From: Corynebacterium glutamicum ATCC 13032
Lineage (GTDB): Bacteria; Actinomycetota; Actinomycetes; Mycobacteriales; Mycobacteriaceae
DNA length: 32,000 bases
Reading direction: 5' to 3'
Assembly (NCBI RefSeq): GCF_000011325.1
Contig: NC_003450.3
Coordinates: 1,020,001 to 1,052,000 of the forward strand
Position 1 is the stretch's first letter; every line of letters starts with the position of its first letter. The translations under genes and the position numbers were made by a program. A model generated the notes under the pieces. The model saw nothing but the letters and a program-made list of their open reading frames with translations. It was not told where the DNA came from and searched no databases. Shown piece by piece: positions 26,610 through 32,000 of this stretch.

Positions 26610-27710
26610 ATGAGTTCTCCAGTCTCACTCGAAAACGCGGCGTCAACCAGCAACAAGCGCGTCGTGGCTTTCCACGAGCTGCCTAGCCCTACAGATCTCA
26701 TCGCCGCAAACCCACTGACACCAAAGCAGGCTTCCAAGGTGGAGCAGGATCGCCAGGACATCGCTGATATCTTCGCTGGCGACGATGACCGCCTCGTTGT
26801 CGTTGTGGGACCTTGCTCAGTTCACGATCCTGAAGCAGCCATCGATTACGCAAACCGCCTGGCTCCGCTGGCAAAGCGCCTTGATCAGGACCTCAAGATT
26901 GTCATGCGCGTGTACTTCGAGAAGCCTCGCACCATCGTCGGATGGAAGGGATTGATCAATGATCCTCACCTCAACGAAACCTACGACATCCCAGAGGGCT
27001 TGCGCATTGCGCGCAAAGTGCTTATCGACGTTGTGAACCTTGATCTCCCAGTCGGCTGCGAATTCCTCGAACCAAACAGCCCTCAGTACTACGCCGACAC
27101 TGTCGCATGGGGAGCAATCGGCGCTCGTACCACCGAATCTCAGGTGCACCGCCAGCTGGCTTCTGGGATGTCTATGCCAATTGGTTTCAAGAACGGAACT
27201 GACGGAAACATCCAGGTTGCAGTCGACGCGGTACAGGCTGCCCAGAACCCACACTTCTTCTTCGGAACCTCCGACGACGGCGCGCTGAGCGTCGTGGAGA
27301 CCGCAGGCAACAGCAACTCCCACATCATTTTGCGCGGCGGTACCTCCGGCCCGAATCATGATGCAGCTTCGGTGGAGGCCGTCGTCGAGAAGCTTGGTGA
27401 AAACGCTCGTCTCATGATCGATGCTTCCCATGCTAACTCCGGCAAGGATCATATCCGACAGGTTGAGGTTGTTCGTGAAATCGCAGAGCAGATTTCTGGC
27501 GGTTCTGAAGCTGTGGCTGGAATCATGATTGAGTCCTTCCTCGTTGGTGGCGCACAGAACCTTGATCCTGCGAAATTGCGCATCAATGGCGGTGAAGGCC
27601 TGGTGTACGGACAGTCTGTGACCGATAAGTGCATCGATATTGACACCACCATCGATTTGCTCGCTGAGCTGGCCGCAGCAGTAAGGGAACGCCGAGCAGC
27701 AGCCAAGTAA
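26610..27710 (+). CDS. aroF: 3-deoxy-D-arabino-heptulosonate-7-phosphate synthase, class I
   Basis: 366 aa from ATG 26610 (GAAAGG SD). KPRTIVGWKGLINDP and IGARTTESQVHR are class I-alpha DAHPS motifs. Confidence 0.93.
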   Translation: MSSPVSLENAASTSNKRVVAFHELPSPTDLIAANPLTPKQASKVEQDRQDIADIFAGDDDRLVVVVGPCSVHDPEAAIDYANRLAPLAKRLDQDLKIVMRVYFEKPRTIVGWKGLINDPHLNETYDIPEGLRIARKVLIDVVNLDLPVGCEFLEPNSPQYYADTVAWGAIGARTTESQVHRQLASGMSMPIGFKNGTDGNIQVAVDAVQAAQNPHFFFGTSDDGALSVVETAGNSNSHIILRGGTSGPNHDAASVEAVVEKLGENARLMIDASHANSGKDHIRQVEVVREIAEQISGGSEAVAGIMIESFLVGGAQNLDPAKLRINGGEGLVYGQSVTDKCIDIDTTIDLLAELAAAVRERRAAAK

Positions 27711-27733
27711 TTAAGGGCGCTAGACTGTTAAAT

Positions 27734-28504
27734 GTGTTAAACCTGCCCAGACTGCTGTACCCGGTGTATGAGCGCCGTCTTTTAAGAGAACTAGACGGCG
27801 CCAAACAGCCCGGTCACGTTGCCATCATGTGTGATGGCAACCGACGCTGGGCCCGGGAAGCGGGCTTCACTGATGTCAGCCATGGGCACCGAGTGGGTGC
27901 CAAAAAGATCGGCGAGATGGTCCGCTGGTGTGATGATGTAGACGTCAATCTCGTGACCGTTTATTTGCTGTCTATGGAAAACCTTGGGCGATCCTCCGAA
28001 GAGCTGCAATTGCTGTTCGATATCATCGCCGATGTCGCTGATGAACTCGCGCGTCCTGAAACCAACTGTCGAGTCCGCCTCGTTGGTCATTTAGATCTGC
28101 TCCCAGACCCAGTTGCTTGTCGTTTACGCAAAGCTGAAGAAGCTACCGTTAACAACACAGGCATCGCAGTCAACATGGCTGTCGGTTATGGCGGACGCCA
28201 GGAAATCGTTGATGCCGTGCAAAAACTTCTGACCATCGGCAAGGACGAGGGCCTAAGCGTTGATGAACTGATCGAATCCGTCAAGGTAGATGCGATCTCC
28301 ACTCACCTGTACACCTCTGGCCAACCAGACCCAGACCTGGTGATCCGCACCTCTGGTGAGCAGCGACTTTCCGGATTCATGCTGTGGCAATCTGCCTACT
28401 CCGAAATCTGGTTCACAGACACCTACTGGCCAGCCTTCCGACGCATCGACTTCCTCCGCGCCATTCGCGACTACTCGCAGCGCAGCAGAAGATTCGGTAA
28501 ATAA
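27734..28504 (+). CDS. uppS1: cis-prenyl (Z-isoprenyl) diphosphate synthase, Rv1086-like
   Basis: HVAIMCDGNRRWA and RTSGEQRLSGFMLWQSAYSE signatures. GTG start 23 nt after the aroF stop. Confidence 0.9.
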   Translation: MLNLPRLLYPVYERRLLRELDGAKQPGHVAIMCDGNRRWAREAGFTDVSHGHRVGAKKIGEMVRWCDDVDVNLVTVYLLSMENLGRSSEELQLLFDIIADVADELARPETNCRVRLVGHLDLLPDPVACRLRKAEEATVNNTGIAVNMAVGYGGRQEIVDAVQKLLTIGKDEGLSVDELIESVKVDAISTHLYTSGQPDPDLVIRTSGEQRLSGFMLWQSAYSEIWFTDTYWPAFRRIDFLRAIRDYSQRSRRFGK

Positions 28505-28524
28505 CTTATTCTCCAAGGAGAGAC

Positions 28525-29046
28525 ATGTCTGACTACATCGTCGCATTTGAATCCGCATACGGCTCTACCAAGCAGTACGCAGAATCTCTGGCGCAACGCC
28601 TCGGCGTAGATGCCTTAAATTTTGAACAAGCGTGTGCGGAACTCGCGGCGAACCCGACCGCAGCAATCGTGGTTTTGAGCTTTGTTCACGGCCCATCCCA
28701 TCCAGGTGCGAAATTCATTACCGATACCGATCTCTCCGGCCACCGCGTCGCACTGTGCACCGTCGGCATGACGCTTGATGATGTCGTGCAAAAGAAGGAC
28801 GGCGCAGCTCGATCACTGGGAAACAAGGCAGACGATGTCACCCGTTTCTACCTTCCGGGACGCCTTAATTACTCAGAGCTCTCGACCGCGCACCGCACCA
28901 CCATGTGGACGATCGTCAACATGCTGAAAGCGAAGCCGTTGAAGAATGACAACGACAAAATGATGATCAACACTTTTGATACCGATGTTGACCGCGTCGA
29001 TGAGTCCCGCCTGGACGCAGTGGAGGAGTGGGCGAGGGGCCTCTAG
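28525..29046 (+). CDS. Flavodoxin-domain protein
   Basis: 173 aa. The N-terminal IVAFESAYGSTKQYAESLAQRLG resembles the flavodoxin-like FMN loop. Starts 20 nt after the uppS1 stop. Confidence 0.6.
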   Translation: MSDYIVAFESAYGSTKQYAESLAQRLGVDALNFEQACAELAANPTAAIVVLSFVHGPSHPGAKFITDTDLSGHRVALCTVGMTLDDVVQKKDGAARSLGNKADDVTRFYLPGRLNYSELSTAHRTTMWTIVNMLKAKPLKNDNDKMMINTFDTDVDRVDESRLDAVEEWARGL

Positions 29047-29189
29047 AGTGGGCGTTGCAAAAACTCACTGTGAGGCGTTTTGAGCAGTCGGAATTTTCGA
29101 AGGTGTGTGCGTCTGGATATGCTGACGCCAAGCCTTTAGAAGCGAATTTAGACCTATGTATTTTTGGGCACATCTGCGCTGGATACAGT

Positions 29190-29328
29190 GGGTTTTGAGC
29201 TCGACTGCATTTTGAGGCCAAAAGCCACAGTGCGGCTCAACCCCTTGGTTTAACATGACACTTAATCGTCGGGATAAGTGCAGATTTAGGCCAAAGGAGC
29301 CCTCAATCAGCGCGGCTTTGGTCTCAAT
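29190..29328. repeat. Cluster of short repeats related to the 22993-23090 element
   Basis: The reverse complement of 29278-29328 aligns by eye, at roughly three-quarters identity, with 23035-23086 (shared ATTGAGACCAAAGC...GAGGGCTCCTTTGG). Segment 29190-29226 shares GAGCTCGA...TTTTGAGGC in direct orientation. Confidence 0.5.
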
Positions 29329-29423
29329 TTCAACTTGGCGCGGACGAACAGGGTCAAACACGGCCGAACCGTAGAAATCTGCCACTTAGCAAGGGATTCC
29401 CTACTCAAAACCAGCAAGAACCC

Positions 29424-30410
29424 CTAGATCTTGCGCATCCTCACCCGTTCCACCAAGTGATCGCTACCTTTTTTCAGTACCAACGACGCGCGAACTCGGG
29501 TGGGAAGAATATTCTCCACCAAGTTGGGCAGGTTGATCGATTGCCACAGTTCTCGAGCGACGGCGATGGACTCTGGATCAGCCATGTCGGCGTAATGGGA
29601 GAAGTGGGCACCGGGGCGACGGAATGCAGTGTCGCGGAGTTTGAGGAAGCGGTCGATGTACCATTTTTCGATATCTTCGGTGCGGGCATCTACGTAGACG
29701 CTGAAGTCGAAAAGGTCACTGACCATCAATGTTGGGCCAGTTTGGAGGACGTTTAAGCCTTCGACGATCAAAATGTCGGGTTGGCGGACTGTGGTGAATT
29801 CGCCTGGAACTCGGTCGTACGCGGTGTGGGAGTAGACAGGTGCGTTGACTTCGAGTTTTCCGGATTTTACGTCGGTGACAAAGCGGAGGAGTGCACGTTG
29901 GTCGTAGCTTTCGGGGAATCCTTTTCGGGACATTAATCCGCGGCGGATTAGTTCCGCGCCGGGATAGAGGAATCCGTCGGTGGTGACGAGGTCCACGCGG
30001 GGGTGGGAATTCCAGCGCTGAAGCAGAACTTGGAGGAGTCGGGCGGTGGTTGATTTACCGACGGCGACGGATCCCGCGACACCAATGACAAACGGCACAG
30101 AGATAGAGGGGGAAGTTCCGAGGAAGGTTTCGGTGGCTGCAGTAAGTTGCTGTCGGGCCGCTACCTGGAGGTGAATCAGACGGGACAGCGGAAGGTAGAC
30201 TTCTGCCACTTCAGCGAGGTCAATGTTTTCTCCGATGCCTCGAAGTTCAATGACTTCTTTTTGGGTCAGCACCTGAGGCATTGAGTTTCTCAGCTCGCGC
30301 CATTGTGCGCGGTCGAAATCAAGGTAGGGGCTGAAATCTGGTGTGCGTGGGGAAGGTTTCACACCAGTTGTGCTTGCAGCGTTTTGCTCTGCCATGAATC
30401 CATTGTGCAC
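29424..30410 (-). CDS. coaA: Type I pantothenate kinase
   Basis: Walker [18 protein letters not shown] and the overall CoaA pattern ([17 protein letters not shown]). The start may be GTG 30410 (GGAG upstream) or ATG 30395. Confidence 0.9.
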   Translation of the reverse strand: MHNGFMAEQNAASTTGVKPSPRTPDFSPYLDFDRAQWRELRNSMPQVLTQKEVIELRGIGENIDLAEVAEVYLPLSRLIHLQVAARQQLTAATETFLGTSPSISVPFVIGVAGSVAVGKSTTARLLQVLLQRWNSHPRVDLVTTDGFLYPGAELIRRGLMSRKGFPESYDQRALLRFVTDVKSGKLEVNAPVYSHTAYDRVPGEFTTVRQPDILIVEGLNVLQTGPTLMVSDLFDFSVYVDARTEDIEKWYIDRFLKLRDTAFRRPGAHFSHYADMADPESIAVARELWQSINLPNLVENILPTRVRASLVLKKGSDHLVERVRMRKI

Positions 30411-30623
30411 CTTAGCTACTCCACTAGTGTGATCGGGGTTATTTTTTCACTTCAATGGGTGGCTAAAAGACGTGGGCACGTGAGTAAACTCATGCGCGCG
30501 AAACGATGGGAGTGAACCCATACTTTTATATATGGGTATCGGCGGTCTATGCTTGTGGGCGTACCTGTCCCGCGAGTGAGGTCTTACGCGCGGGATTCGT
30601 CTTGTGAAAGGTTAGCTGACCTG

Positions 30624-31928
30624 ATGACCGATGCCCACCAAGCGGACGATGTCCGTTACCAGCCACTGAACGAGCTTGATCCTGAGGTGGCTGCTGCCAT
30701 CGCTGGGGAACTTGCCCGTCAACGCGATACATTAGAGATGATCGCGTCTGAGAACTTCGTTCCCCGTTCTGTTTTGCAGGCGCAGGGTTCTGTTCTTACC
30801 AATAAGTATGCCGAGGGTTACCCTGGCCGCCGTTACTACGGTGGTTGCGAACAAGTTGACATCATTGAGGATCTTGCACGTGATCGTGCGAAGGCTCTCT
30901 TCGGTGCAGAGTTCGCCAATGTTCAGCCTCACTCTGGCGCACAGGCTAATGCTGCTGTGCTGATGACTTTGGCTGAGCCAGGCGACAAGATCATGGGTCT
31001 GTCTTTGGCTCATGGTGGTCACTTGACCCACGGAATGAAGTTGAACTTCTCCGGAAAGCTGTACGAGGTTGTTGCGTACGGTGTTGATCCTGAGACCATG
31101 CGTGTTGATATGGATCAGGTTCGTGAGATTGCTCTGAAGGAGCAGCCAAAGGTAATTATCGCTGGCTGGTCTGCATACCCTCGCCACCTTGATTTCGAGG
31201 CTTTCCAGTCTATTGCTGCGGAAGTTGGCGCGAAGCTGTGGGTCGATATGGCTCACTTCGCTGGTCTTGTTGCTGCTGGTTTGCACCCAAGCCCAGTTCC
31301 TTACTCTGATGTTGTTTCTTCCACTGTCCACAAGACTTTGGGTGGACCTCGTTCCGGCATCATTCTGGCTAAGCAGGAGTACGCGAAGAAGCTGAACTCT
31401 TCCGTATTCCCAGGTCAGCAGGGTGGTCCTTTGATGCACGCAGTTGCTGCGAAGGCTACTTCTTTGAAGATTGCTGGCACTGAGCAGTTCCGTGACCGTC
31501 AGGCTCGCACGTTGGAGGGTGCTCGCATTCTTGCTGAGCGTCTGACTGCTTCTGATGCGAAGGCCGCTGGCGTGGATGTCTTGACCGGTGGCACTGATGT
31601 GCACTTGGTTTTGGCTGATCTGCGTAACTCCCAGATGGATGGCCAGCAGGCGGAAGATCTGCTGCACGAGGTTGGTATCACTGTGAACCGTAACGCGGTT
31701 CCTTTCGATCCTCGTCCACCAATGGTTACTTCTGGTCTGCGTATTGGTACTCCTGCGCTGGCTACCCGTGGTTTCGATATTCCTGCATTCACTGAGGTTG
31801 CAGACATCATTGGTACTGCTTTGGCTAATGGTAAGTCCGCAGACATTGAGTCTCTGCGTGGCCGTGTAGCAAAGCTTGCTGCAGATTACCCACTGTATGA
31901 GGGCTTGGAAGACTGGACCATCGTCTAA
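30624..31928 (+). CDS. glyA: Serine hydroxymethyltransferase
   Basis: 434 aa from ATG 30624 (MTDAHQ...). The PLP site is [16 protein letters not shown]. The track start 30549 is over-extended into the leader. Confidence 0.95.
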   Translation: MTDAHQADDVRYQPLNELDPEVAAAIAGELARQRDTLEMIASENFVPRSVLQAQGSVLTNKYAEGYPGRRYYGGCEQVDIIEDLARDRAKALFGAEFANVQPHSGAQANAAVLMTLAEPGDKIMGLSLAHGGHLTHGMKLNFSGKLYEVVAYGVDPETMRVDMDQVREIALKEQPKVIIAGWSAYPRHLDFEAFQSIAAEVGAKLWVDMAHFAGLVAAGLHPSPVPYSDVVSSTVHKTLGGPRSGIILAKQEYAKKLNSSVFPGQQGGPLMHAVAAKATSLKIAGTEQFRDRQARTLEGARILAERLTASDAKAAGVDVLTGGTDVHLVLADLRNSQMDGQQAEDLLHEVGITVNRNAVPFDPRPPMVTSGLRIGTPALATRGFDIPAFTEVADIIGTALANGKSADIESLRGRVAKLAADYPLYEGLEDWTIV

Positions 31929-31957
31929 GTTTTTCTTTGAGTTTTCATATGTAGAAG

Positions 31958-31999
31958 GCATCGTCGGCTTCGGCCTGGCGGTGCTTTTCTCGTTGTTTT
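31958..31999 (+). terminator. Terminator after glyA
   Basis: An imperfect GC-rich hairpin (GGCATCGTCGGC-ttcg-GCCTGGCGGTGC) followed by TTTTCTCGTTGTTTT. Confidence 0.55.
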
Positions 32000-32000
32000 G

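Noticed and set aside
29065-29385. 106-aa minus-strand ORF between the flavodoxin-like gene and coaA.
   Set aside because: No SD, no family resemblance, and it is composed of the short repeat units. Its partial amino acid similarity to an ORF at 22981-23298 simply reflects the shared nucleotide repeat.
30411-30623. ZTP (pfl) or other folate/one-carbon riboswitch upstream of glyA.
   Set aside because: No CCGCCUGGGC-type 3' subdomain or GGGUCG...GACUGGCG core is visible. Only a simple hairpin is present.

Overview
The window reads as a core chromosomal segment of Corynebacterium glutamicum or a very close relative. That assignment rests on recalled gene content and order, because no database search was possible. 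Content, in order: mfd 3' part, a heterodimeric ABC exporter pair, an aminoacyl-lipid synthase homolog with its upstream esterase, lysI, a small MT0933-like ORF, mazG, the porin pair porB/porC, an LpqU-like lytic transglycosylase, eno, an FtsB/DivIC-like gene, DUF501, ppx2, one tRNA, tdcB, a stop-interrupted RibD_C-like relic, a PspC-domain ORF, ripA with a DtxR box, a BI-1/YccA-like membrane protein, a lipoprotein, greA, DUF4307, mca, a small membrane ORF, the aroR leader/attenuator, aroF, uppS1, a flavodoxin-like ORF, coaA and glyA. I found no CRISPR array, transposase, integrase or rRNA, and no multi-gene system that looks clearly new. The observations most worth a second look are: (1) a tRNA with a Leu-type UAA anticodon on a class-I body; (2) an orphan TAGAC-N6-GTCTA (McbR-type) palindrome just downstream of that tRNA; (3) a short repeat family, including a perfect 19-bp inverted repeat, in two separate convergent-gene spacers; (4) the in-frame TAG splitting the RibD_C-like gene. 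Several known regulatory elements can be read directly from the sequence.
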